This document shows positions 1-7,812 of a stretch of DNA of 55,953 nucleotides, in pieces. This DNA comes from a virus. Lineage: Duplodnaviria; Caudoviricetes. The stretch is taken from the IMG/VR virus record IMGVR_UViG_3300032307_000533, positions 1-55,953 of that record, one strand, 5' to 3'. The notes under the pieces are model-generated. The model was given only the letters and a program-made list of their open reading frames with translations. It did no database searches and was not told the DNA's origin. Each line of letters opens with the position of its first letter. Positions within the stretch are counted from its first letter, which is position 1. The position numbers were made by a program, and so were the translations under genes.

Positions 1-266
1 ACTACAATGAGTAAGAGATACTCAGCAGACTTGTCAATGTCTCATTTAAACTTGATAGGGTATTGGACTGGACATCCTAATATCCACATAGAAGACTATC
101 TCATGGGTAGAAACTGGATGTGGCTCTATAAAACGCCAGTCTCGTGGGAATAAAGCTAGGTAACAGAGGCTCCCAGTAGTTTGACTTTTTTTTAACGGGG
201 ATGCCCAGCAGGTTGTTTGAAAGGAAATAAACCGATATGACTACTCATCAGTAATCTCAAGATGGG
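1..266 (+). ncRNA. Probable 3' part of a large structured ncRNA (possibly GOLLD-like), cut by the window edge
   Basis: No long ORF. Dense hairpins GAGTA/TACTC, ACTGG/CCAGT, GGGA/TCCC, long-range AGTAGTT(176-182)/GACTACT(239-245) and terminal CATC-AGTAATCTCAA-GATG. Directly upstream of a tRNA array. Family assignment is only a guess. Confidence 0.4.
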
Positions 267-273
267 GAAAAAT

Positions 274-364
274 GGTTGACTGCGTAATGCGGGATGGTGC
301 CCAAGTCCCCAAGACCGAAAGGTTGTAAGGTTGCCTAGTGCAGGTTCGAGTCCTGTGTCAGCCA
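274..364 (+). ncRNA. tRNA-like RNA with canonical acceptor and T arms but no normal D/anticodon arms
   Basis: Acceptor GGTTGAC(274-280)/GTCAGCC(357-363); T arm GCAGG-TTCGAGT-CCTGT; discriminator A364. Interior has a GGGAT/GTCCC stem with a 9-nt loop and an ACC-GAAA-GGT hairpin. Confidence 0.65.
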
Positions 365-366
365 CA

Positions 367-476
367 AAAAACCCTCACAGCGGCTGGTGCCACCAGTGAA
401 CGACCCGAAGAAACGGGATTAGGATCCAAGTTCACTGAAAGCATGTCTTCGGACGGAAATGGTGGTCGGGGTTTTT
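367..476 (+). ncRNA. Unidentified structured RNA (multi-stem junction)
   Basis: AAAAACCCT/GGGGTTTTT closing stem; GCCACCA/TGGTGGT; CAGTGAAC/GTTCACTG; CCCG-AAGAAA-CGGG; GTC-TTCG-GAC tetraloop. GC-rich island in an AT-rich genome. Confidence 0.5.
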
Positions 477-483
477 AAAAATA

Positions 484-553
484 GTGTCTCGGTAAGCTCT
501 GACGAAAGTCAACTACGAGGTCTCGTCTGGCAGAAGGCCTCTGATCCAGACCA
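484..553 (+). ncRNA. Unidentified two-hairpin structured RNA with possible pseudoknot or switch
   Basis: CTCG/CGAG stem with TGAC-GAAA-GTCA; GTCTGG/CCAGAC with CAGA/TCTG; cross-pairing GAGGTC(517-522)/GGCCTC(536-541). Confidence 0.45.
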
Positions 554-557
554 AATT

Positions 558-634
558 GCGGGTATAGCTCAATTGACTAGAGCACTAGCCTTCCAAGCTG
601 GGGGTTGCGAGTTTGAGTCTCGCTACCCGCTCCA
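558..634 (+). tRNA. tRNA-Gly(TCC)
   Basis: Acceptor GCGGGTA/TACCCGC; anticodon arm CTAGC-CTTCCAA-GCTGG; encoded CCA; T loop TTTGAGT (variant). Confidence 0.93.
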
Positions 635-636
635 AT

Positions 637-713
637 GCCTGAATAGCTCAGCTGGCCAGAGCGCCTCACTTGTAATGAGGATGTCGGGGGTTCGAATCCC
701 TCTTCAGGCTCCA
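637..713 (+). tRNA. tRNA-Thr(TGT)
   Basis: Acceptor GCCTGAA/TTCAGGC; CCTCA-CTTGTAA-TGAGG; GGTTCGAATCC; encoded CCA. Confidence 0.95.
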
Positions 714-779
714 TTTTTCCAATATGTCAATAAAACACTTGTCTTTATTGAACAGTTTTCCTATTTTTATATAAAAAAT

Positions 780-1424
780 ATGGCGAACGGGGTTTATAAA
801 ATAACAGAGGATTTTGAGAAAGCTTTAAGTGATTATACTGGGGCTCCTTATGTGGTTACAGTAGATAACCAAAGTAACGCACTATTCTTGGCGTTATATT
901 ACGAAAATTATGTGGTTGGTAAAGTCGAGACAGATACAATCACAATTCCATCCAGAACATACCCTTCAGTACCTTGTGAGATCATACATGCTGGTCTTAA
1001 AGTTAATTTTAAAAAAGTTGAAGGTAAAACCTTGAAGGGTGCTTATCAATTAGAAGGTAGTAATGTTTGGGATTCAGCGTTAAGATTCACAACTAATATG
1101 TATATACCAGACACACATATGTGTGTTTCATTCACAGGTCCTTACAAACATTTCAAACTTTCAAAAGGCGGTGCCATATTAACCGATAGTTATGAAGCCT
1201 ATCTTTGGTTTAAACGCGCCAGATATTCTGGTAGACGTGAATGCTCTTATCACGATGATAATCTGGATATGCTTGGTTGGAATTTTTATATGATGCCAGA
1301 GTTAGCATCAAGAGGTTTATTATTGATGGGGCAATTCTATGATATGCAAGGTAAACCAAAACATAATGAAGATTTGGAGTTACCGTACCCAGATTTATCA
1401 AAATTTGAAATTTATACTAAATGA
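780..1424 (+). CDS. DegT/DnrJ/EryC1/StrS-family PLP-dependent sugar aminotransferase-like protein (short, 214 aa)
   Basis: FEKALSDYTG, TITIPSRTYPSV, DSA, SFTGPYKH...GGAILTD, GWNFYM motifs. Start moved to ATG 780 because the longer ORF overlaps tRNAs. Confidence 0.8.
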   Translation: MANGVYKITEDFEKALSDYTGAPYVVTVDNQSNALFLALYYENYVVGKVETDTITIPSRTYPSVPCEIIHAGLKVNFKKVEGKTLKGAYQLEGSNVWDSALRFTTNMYIPDTHMCVSFTGPYKHFKLSKGGAILTDSYEAYLWFKRARYSGRRECSYHDDNLDMLGWNFYMMPELASRGLLLMGQFYDMQGKPKHNEDLELPYPDLSKFEIYTK

Positions 1425-2020
1425 AAAAGGGTATAATTGGTGCGGGTGGGTTTGGCCGAGAAGTTTTTTGGAGCTTAAACCCAATCGAAAGAAATAAAAC
1501 AGTGTTTTTTGTTAATGATGAGTATTGGGACAACAGTGACCCGAATATATTACCATTATCTCTTTTCGAAACAGATAAATATGAACTAATTGTGGCCATA
1601 GGAGACCCTTTCGCCAGAAAAATAGTTATCGAATCATTACCTAAGAAAACAAAATTCTTCACCCATATACACCCCTCAGTGCAAATCTTAGGGGATGATG
1701 TTGAGATTGGTGAAGGTACTATTATCTGCGCTGGTACCATTTTAACAACAAATATTAAAATAGGTAAACATTCGCATTTAAACCTACAAACCACAGTTGG
1801 CCATGATACGGTTATCGGTGATTTTTTTACAACAGCACCTGGGGCCAAAATATCTGGTAATTGTAAAATAGGTGACTTAGTTTACATCGGAACAAATGCT
1901 TCTGTTAGAGAAAAAATAACGATTAATGATATGGTAACGGTTGGTTTAAACTCTGGTGTCGTTAAAAACATATTAGAGCCTGGGGTATATGGTGGTTTAC
2001 CCAGTAAAAAAATAAAATGA
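1421..2020 (+). CDS. NeuD/PglD-family sugar O/N-acetyltransferase (hexapeptide repeat)
   Basis: IIGAGGFGREV N-terminus, VAIGDP..R, hexapeptide repeats, VGHD, GVYGG.P.K. Confidence 0.9.
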   Translation: MKKGIIGAGGFGREVFWSLNPIERNKTVFFVNDEYWDNSDPNILPLSLFETDKYELIVAIGDPFARKIVIESLPKKTKFFTHIHPSVQILGDDVEIGEGTIICAGTILTTNIKIGKHSHLNLQTTVGHDTVIGDFFTTAPGAKISGNCKIGDLVYIGTNASVREKITINDMVTVGLNSGVVKNILEPGVYGGLPSKKIK

Positions 2021-3021
2021 TGAAAGAACTTTGCTTAATCGCCGCCTATACACCTGATTTAGAGAGACAGGATGTACTAAGAAAGTTAGTTACCAAATTA
2101 AAGGAATCTGACAAGAAAATACTGTTAATATCACATAGCCAAACACCACCAGATATTTTACAAAGAGTTGACTACCATTTCTATGACTCTGAAAATGAAT
2201 TTTTAACGGATAATAAATATAAAGTTTGGTATGGATCATCGATAGGTGGTGATATGATTGTTTCCCAGGATGTTATTAAATATTCCGCGGCTCTATTACC
2301 TTGTACCAGAAACTTGTGGTTTGGCTTACAAATCGCTAAGATGTTAGGTTATGGTTGTGTACATTACATTGAATATGACACTGAGATATTGGATATTAAT
2401 GTTATAGACGAAAATACTTTATTAATGGAAGAGTATGACGGTGTTTATTATACCGATGAAGCTGAATGGCAGATAAGGTTACCAGAACATCGTAGCGGAA
2501 CCCACTTATATGGTGCGTATTCGGTATATAATGTTACTAACTACACATATGAGGATTTGGTTTGGGATAGGGACAAACTACTTGAAGAATACACTAAACC
2601 AAATAATTCCCAACTGGTTGAAAGAGTTACGGAGAGCATCCTGATTAATGGTAGAAAATTTGTTATTAAAAACAAAAAAGAGTTGGTCGAGAATGGTTTA
2701 AGACCGAATCTACTTAATAAAGGTAGTAATAGTAAACCAATAGACCCTAAGATATTTTTTGTTGACGATGGTTTTGTAAAACTATATGCTTTAAACGCTA
2801 AACAAACGAACGAATACGTGGAAGTTGTTTTTAACGGTGACAAGATAAGGGTGCTCACCTTACAACCCAGTCATTACATGGTCATAAATATTGGGTTAGT
2901 TGGTGATGTTAAAAACGTTAAAGTCTATACTGACAATGAGTTTGTTAGAGGTTATGATCTGTCAACACAAGAAGATTTGGATAGGTTAATAAAATATAAC
3001 CACGTAAGAAAAATGTCTTAG
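2017..3021 (+). CDS. Hypothetical protein, possibly glycosyltransferase-like
   Basis: 334-aa ORF coupled to sugar genes; LLISHS and HYIEYD motifs. Confidence 0.55.
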   Translation: MMKELCLIAAYTPDLERQDVLRKLVTKLKESDKKILLISHSQTPPDILQRVDYHFYDSENEFLTDNKYKVWYGSSIGGDMIVSQDVIKYSAALLPCTRNLWFGLQIAKMLGYGCVHYIEYDTEILDINVIDENTLLMEEYDGVYYTDEAEWQIRLPEHRSGTHLYGAYSVYNVTNYTYEDLVWDRDKLLEEYTKPNNSQLVERVTESILINGRKFVIKNKKELVENGLRPNLLNKGSNSKPIDPKIFFVDDGFVKLYALNAKQTNEYVEVVFNGDKIRVLTLQPSHYMVINIGLVGDVKNVKVYTDNEFVRGYDLSTQEDLDRLIKYNHVRKMS

Positions 3022-3023
3022 GA

Positions 3024-3055
3024 TTTGTTTTATACGGAATTAGTTACTACTTTTG
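3024..3055 (+). promoter_or_regulatory. Bacteroidota-type promoter (-33 TTTG / -7 TAnnTTTG)
   Basis: TTTG 3024-3027 and TACTTTTG 3048-3055. The same -7 motif precedes genes at 7675, 10753, 11320, 14656, 16334, 22447, 24055, 28813, 31993, 40950, 45282, 46807 and 53882. Confidence 0.75.
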
Positions 3056-3078
3056 TTACATAACATAAAAAAACAATT

Positions 3079-4107
3079 ATGAAATTTGACTTTGATGATA
3101 TCTTGATCATGCCCGCTGAGATAACAACTATTAACTCTCGCTCAGAGATTTATGAGTTTGATAATATGGGTGGATTACCACTCTTTACGGCACCGATGGA
3201 TACGGTTGTAAATGAATCAAACGAACGTTTCTTCAGACAGGAAAATATAAATGTCGTGTTACCACGAAAAGTGGAAGCTGACATGAACCCAAATACATCT
3301 TTTTCTCGATGGCTATCGTACAGCCTCAAACAATTTGAGGATGCGTTTATTCATTACGATCAACCAAAGGATAAAACACATTACATTTTAATTGATGTGG
3401 CGAATGGCCATATGCCAGCTGTTTATGAGTTGACGAAATTGGCTAAAGAAAAATACGGTGATTCGTTGGTTCTAATGGTTGGTAATGTAGCTAACCCAGA
3501 AACATACGGTTTGTTATCAGACGCTGGCGCTGACTATGTTAGAATTGGTATTGGTAACGGTGGTGGTTGCTTAACAACACAACAAACAGGCATCGGTTAC
3601 CCAATGGCTTCTTTGATTGAGGAGACGTATGAAGTGTCAATGCACCTGGATAAACCCGCTAAGATAGTAGCTGACGGCGGTTTTAAAAAATATGCTGATG
3701 TTATTAAAGCCTTGGCAATTGGTGCCGACTATGTCATGTTAGGTTCAATCCTAAACAAAGCACTTGAGAGCGCTGGTGAGACAGTTGATGAGGATGGTGA
3801 GACCATTGATCAGTACAATCAAAGCGCTGAATCATACCTAAAAGCTGGTGGTAAGCTATCCAAAAAATTTAGGGGTATGTCAACAAAAGAGGTACAGTCC
3901 TCATGGGGTAAAAAGAATCTGAAAACATCTGAGGGTGTTGTTAGGCTACACGATGTTGAGTACACACTCAGTGGGTGGGTTGAGAATTTTAGACACTACC
4001 TTAAATCCGCGATGAGTTACACAGACTCGAAGAACCTTAGTGAGTTTATTGGCCAGGTTCAGTATAACCAAATAACAACCGCGTCTTTTAATAGATACAA
4101 TAAATAA
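3079..4107 (+). CDS. IMP dehydrogenase/GMP reductase family protein (no CBS domains)
   Basis: FDDILI.P, APMDTV, DVANGH, GNVA, catalytic-loop RIGIGNGGGCLTT, ADGG, FRGMS, SAMSY. Confidence 0.9.
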   Translation: MKFDFDDILIMPAEITTINSRSEIYEFDNMGGLPLFTAPMDTVVNESNERFFRQENINVVLPRKVEADMNPNTSFSRWLSYSLKQFEDAFIHYDQPKDKTHYILIDVANGHMPAVYELTKLAKEKYGDSLVLMVGNVANPETYGLLSDAGADYVRIGIGNGGGCLTTQQTGIGYPMASLIEETYEVSMHLDKPAKIVADGGFKKYADVIKALAIGADYVMLGSILNKALESAGETVDEDGETIDQYNQSAESYLKAGGKLSKKFRGMSTKEVQSSWGKKNLKTSEGVVRLHDVEYTLSGWVENFRHYLKSAMSYTDSKNLSEFIGQVQYNQITTASFNRYNK

Positions 4108-4110
4108 AAG

Positions 4111-4134
4111 AAAAGCCCCGATTGGGGCTTTTTT
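4111..4134. terminator. Bidirectional intrinsic terminator
   Basis: AAAAGCCCC-GATT-GGGGCTTTTTT between convergent genes. Confidence 0.85.
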
Positions 4135-4144
4135 ATTTGTGTGA

Positions 4145-4381
4145 CTAATCATCATTCTCATTAATACCATTCTCTTTTTCCCACTTAGCTAATTTATCAA
4201 ATTCGTATTCACCAGAAAGTTTGTCATAACCACAATCATGGCAAAGATATGGATCCTCGTCATCGTCCTCAATGGTCCATGAATGGTCACATTTTGGGCA
4301 AGCTATCGATATATTACTCTTTTCCTCGTTAATAACCGACATAATCTGCTTCATTCTTCTAATTTCCTCGTTAATATTCAT
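4145..4381 (-). CDS. Small zinc-ribbon protein with N-terminal INEEIRRMKQIM motif
   Basis: CPKC...CHDC; preceded by TATTTATA on the minus strand (4396-4403). Confidence 0.7.
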   Translation of the reverse strand: MNINEEIRRMKQIMSVINEEKSNISIACPKCDHSWTIEDDDEDPYLCHDCGYDKLSGEYEFDKLAKWEKENGINENDD

Positions 4382-4395
4382 TAATAATATTTACT

Positions 4396-4433
4396 TATAA
4401 ATATAAACTTTATTCGGTAAAGGAAGTATTTAT
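4396..4433. promoter_or_regulatory. Divergent pair of putative late-promoter motifs (TATTTAT[A])
   Basis: TATTTATA on - at 4396-4403 and TATTTAT on + at 4427-4433, each about 14 nt before a start codon; recurs elsewhere. Confidence 0.55.
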
Positions 4434-4447
4434 TATTAAAAAACAAT

Positions 4448-4999
4448 ATGGCGGATTTTCAATGGAAAGGGCAATGGTTTGGTGATCTGGTCACAGGAAG
4501 CACCGTACCTTATGCAGAAAACAATAACGTAACACATAACGGTATATATTATATGTGTACCAGTTTTGCTGAGGTTGGTTCACCATCACCAGATATGGAC
4601 ACTCAGCATTGGGATGTCATCCTTAGAGATGGTCTTTCTGGTAGTTCTGGTCAAGCTGGTTCCTCAGGGACGAGTGGTATTGATGGGTCTTCAGCGGCAA
4701 TTCAAAAACATTGGTTTGATGGTTTTGAACTTATTATCAACTCTGGGGATATCGTAACAGTCGGATCCGATTATGTTATACGTGATAGCGCATTATTTAC
4801 CGAAGGTCCAGGTGATGATGGTTATGGGGATTCGTTCACAATAGCGGGTAAAACCTATAGTAGAGACGGTAAATTAGCTATCCATGGTGACTTCGTTGTC
4901 TATGATTCGGATGTCCTAAATGATGGTGAAATAAGAGTTGACGGTGGTCTCATACTAGAAGGGGACGCTCAAATAGAAGGAGACGGAATAATAATTTAA
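4448..4999 (+). CDS. Putative virion structural protein (small carbohydrate-binding-like N-domain, Gly-Ser linker)
   Basis: WKGQW...Y...V.HNG..Y.C...P.....W pattern; GSSGQAGSSGTSG repeat; beta-rich C-terminus. Confidence 0.55.
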   Translation: MADFQWKGQWFGDLVTGSTVPYAENNNVTHNGIYYMCTSFAEVGSPSPDMDTQHWDVILRDGLSGSSGQAGSSGTSGIDGSSAAIQKHWFDGFELIINSGDIVTVGSDYVIRDSALFTEGPGDDGYGDSFTIAGKTYSRDGKLAIHGDFVVYDSDVLNDGEIRVDGGLILEGDAQIEGDGIII

Positions 5000-5024
5000 A
5001 AATAAAACAAATAAAAACAAAAAA

Positions 5025-7532
5025 ATGCAATACATTCAATTACAATCACAAGCTGCGAACTCAACACCAATACCTGGGGAGAGTAAATTTAACTTCTTCA
5101 TTGATTCTGCTGATGGCTTACCTAAAATAAAAGATGATAACGGTACGATCATTACCGTTGACGGTTCAACACAGACCTTAACGTCATTAACATATGCCGC
5201 TTTTATTGAGCTCATAATGAACAATGAATTAACAAAGGGTTATTTCTATGAAATAAATGATTATGAAACTTGCTACGATCAACCAGACTTTAGTGCAAAC
5301 GGTAACGCAATAACCACTGGTAATTATAAAACTTCTGGTCAAGTTGAGCCAATAATTGTTTTTGCAACCGCGGCAGGTCAAATCGCAACAGAGGCTTTTC
5401 AAGCAACTTACCCTAAAGATAAGATAAAATATGATTGGACGTTTGGTGTTACTGAAGTTACATTTGGCCCAGCTAAAGGTAGAATTATCGAAAGAATCGA
5501 TGAGTTCAATAACAGAACTGATTATGATCACAGAAACATTTTGTTCAAAAGATACACAATGTATTATCCGAATGAACAATTAGTTGGTACGTTAAACATG
5601 GACAATGGAACAGTTACTGGCACAGAAACAACATTTACAAGTTTATCCACTGGACAGAGAATTTACATTCATGACTCTGGTTTAGAGTATATGATAACGG
5701 CGATTGCTGGTGATACTAATATGACCGTAACTGGTATAACATATAACAACGCATATGGATCAACTTTTTCAACAACTAGTTCAATAACTGGTTATAAAAG
5801 AAGTAATACCGATGACCCGTCAACCTTTACTGAATATAAAACTTTTAATCTTGAAAGTGCTGATTGTATTAACAACTATATTGGTAATTACGCTAATTTA
5901 AAAAACTGGGATGGTAACAATTTTTATCTAGCTAATAACGTGTTTATTGGTGAAGGTAGTGATATTATCAATAATACAATTGGTGATAATTCATATAACA
6001 ACACATTTGATGATGATGTCGATGGTAATGTTATCGGTTCTGGTTTTCGTAATAACACAAGTAATGATGATTTTGACGATAACAGGATTGGTGAGGATTT
6101 TAATAATAATATCATAACAGCCAATCTTTATCGCAACCAAATAGGTAATAGTTTTTATGGTAATATTATAACTTGTGATTCGGATTTTGATGATAATCGC
6201 ATCGGTAATAATTTTAATAATAACAGAATAGACTCTGACGATTTTTATAGAAATCAAATCGGTAATGATTTTAATTATAATAAAATCACCGCTAGCAATG
6301 ATGATTTCCAGAATAATGTTATTGGTAATCAGTTTAACGATAACACCATTTCAAAAGAGTTCATTAAAAATATCATCGGAAACGGTTTTAATAATAATCA
6401 GATCCTTGTTCAGTTTGATGGTAATATCATCGGAAACGGCTTCAACGATAATAACATCCTTGCCGACACCAACGGTGATGGTTATTTTAATGATAATGAA
6501 ATTGGTCAGTATTTTAATGGTAATAACATAATTGCGCAGTTTGTTAACAATAAAATTGGTAAAGATTTTTATAACAACACAATCCAAAACGCTTATGAAG
6601 GTACAAATTATGTTGAGTTTACTGATAATATTATAGAGTATAGTTTTAATAATAACAACATAGACGTACCTTTTAACAACAATAGAATCGGGCTTGAATT
6701 TAATAATAATAGTATATCATACGATGCAAATATTAATGGTTATTTTGAGAATAACATTATTGGGAATTCCGCTTATGGTAACGAAATCAATGGTTATTTT
6801 GACCATAATCAAATAGGTAATGGTTTTACTAATAATGATACTAACGGTAGGTTTACCAATAACAACATAGGTAATTATTTCGATGCTAACCAAACTCAAG
6901 ATGAGTTTTCTCATAATCGTATTGGTAATAATTTTTATCAGAATGTTATAGGTGAGTACTTTGGATATGGTTATGATACTATTAGAGGTAACGTAATCGG
7001 TAACCGTTTCCAGAGTAACACAACGCGTAACCATTTCTATGATAACAATATATGTGATGGGTTTATCGGTAACACCACGCCAGTGAATTTTCAATACAAC
7101 GATATTAAATATCCCATTGAAAACGTTGACTTCACAGTAAATAACAGAACTATTGCTACTTTCTCCCCCAACGCACCAACCTCAACGCAAGACGGTACCT
7201 ATAGTGTTCTTTCTGGTACTTCAAGTGTTGAAGGTGCTGGCGCTCTATTTGAAGTTCAAGTTACTGGGGGTGTAATCCAAAATGTTGTACTTACGTCACC
7301 TGGTTATGATTATTCGGTTAATGAGACAATAACAATATCAGCTGGTTTGTTTAACGGAACTGGTGATTTGGTTATAACGATTTTATCAGTTACTTCTCAA
7401 GCTATGGTTACCAGTGATTATAATTGTAAGATAAGCAGATCACCTAGCAATGGTGGTATTTTATTAATCTCCACTGAAACATTGACTGGTCTTTACACCC
7501 AATCGGAAATAACAGAGGTTTATCTTGATTAA
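5025..7532 (+). CDS. Putative tail fibre/adhesin with Asn-rich beta-helix repeats
   Basis: 835 aa with many N-x-I-G-N-x-F-x-x-N-x-I repeats; C-terminal PGYDYSVNETITI segment resembling tail-protein motifs. Confidence 0.65.
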   Translation: MQYIQLQSQAANSTPIPGESKFNFFIDSADGLPKIKDDNGTIITVDGSTQTLTSLTYAAFIELIMNNELTKGYFYEINDYETCYDQPDFSANGNAITTGNYKTSGQVEPIIVFATAAGQIATEAFQATYPKDKIKYDWTFGVTEVTFGPAKGRIIERIDEFNNRTDYDHRNILFKRYTMYYPNEQLVGTLNMDNGTVTGTETTFTSLSTGQRIYIHDSGLEYMITAIAGDTNMTVTGITYNNAYGSTFSTTSSITGYKRSNTDDPSTFTEYKTFNLESADCINNYIGNYANLKNWDGNNFYLANNVFIGEGSDIINNTIGDNSYNNTFDDDVDGNVIGSGFRNNTSNDDFDDNRIGEDFNNNIITANLYRNQIGNSFYGNIITCDSDFDDNRIGNNFNNNRIDSDDFYRNQIGNDFNYNKITASNDDFQNNVIGNQFNDNTISKEFIKNIIGNGFNNNQILVQFDGNIIGNGFNDNNILADTNGDGYFNDNEIGQYFNGNNIIAQFVNNKIGKDFYNNTIQNAYEGTNYVEFTDNIIEYSFNNNNIDVPFNNNRIGLEFNNNSISYDANINGYFENNIIGNSAYGNEINGYFDHNQIGNGFTNNDTNGRFTNNNIGNYFDANQTQDEFSHNRIGNNFYQNVIGEYFGYGYDTIRGNVIGNRFQSNTTRNHFYDNNICDGFIGNTTPVNFQYNDIKYPIENVDFTVNNRTIATFSPNAPTSTQDGTYSVLSGTSSVEGAGALFEVQVTGGVIQNVVLTSPGYDYSVNETITISAGLFNGTGDLVITILSVTSQAMVTSDYNCKISRSPSNGGILLISTETLTGLYTQSEITEVYLD

Positions 7533-7560
7533 TAAAACCATTATTTAAGATAAATAAGTT

Positions 7561-7594
7561 GTTAACCCGATCATATGGTCGGGTTAACTTTTTT
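7561..7594 (+). terminator. Intrinsic terminator
   Basis: GTTAACCCGATC-ATAT-GGTCGGGTTAAC followed by TTTTTT. Confidence 0.85.
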
Positions 7595-7716
7595 AATACC
7601 AATTATTTATAGTAGCGTAAAAAAAAAATAGATTTTTTTTTTGCATAACACTTGTTTATTTACGAACTAGTCACTACTTTTGTAGTGTTGTTAATCAACA
7701 AGCTCTTTTAAATAAT

Positions 7717-7803
7717 GCCGAGGTGGTGAAATGGTAGACACGAGGGACTTAAAATCCCTTGGACATTGTGTCCGTGCGGGTTCGAGTCCCGCTCTCGGTA
7801 CCA
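7717..7803 (+). tRNA. tRNA-Leu(TAA)
   Basis: GCCGAGG acceptor; AGGGA-CTTAAAA-TCCCT; long variable arm; GGTTCGAGTCC; encoded CCA. Confidence 0.96.
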
Positions 7804-7812
7804 AATTTAAAT

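Noticed and set aside
281-335. Twister-ribozyme-like words (TAA-TGCG...GGT-GCCC-AAG...TGTA) inside the tRNA mimic
   Set aside because: The conserved GC/AAGC pseudoknot and GA-plus-T1 pairing do not fit; the resemblance is too loose to call.
376-470. Resemblance to the 5' part of 5S rRNA or to a hammerhead core (CTGA...GAAA)
   Set aside because: No CCGAAC loop or helix pattern of 5S; the hammerhead CTGAnGA core and stem III are not satisfied.
459-779. N-terminal 107 aa of the 321-aa ORF in the track
   Set aside because: It overlaps two clear tRNAs and a structured RNA; the aminotransferase motifs start at ATG 780.
5850-7110. Diversity-generating retroelement target or CRISPR-like repeats in the AAT/AAC-rich region
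   Set aside because: The repeats are degenerate protein-level repeats; no reverse transcriptase, template/variable repeat pair or fixed-length spacers are seen.
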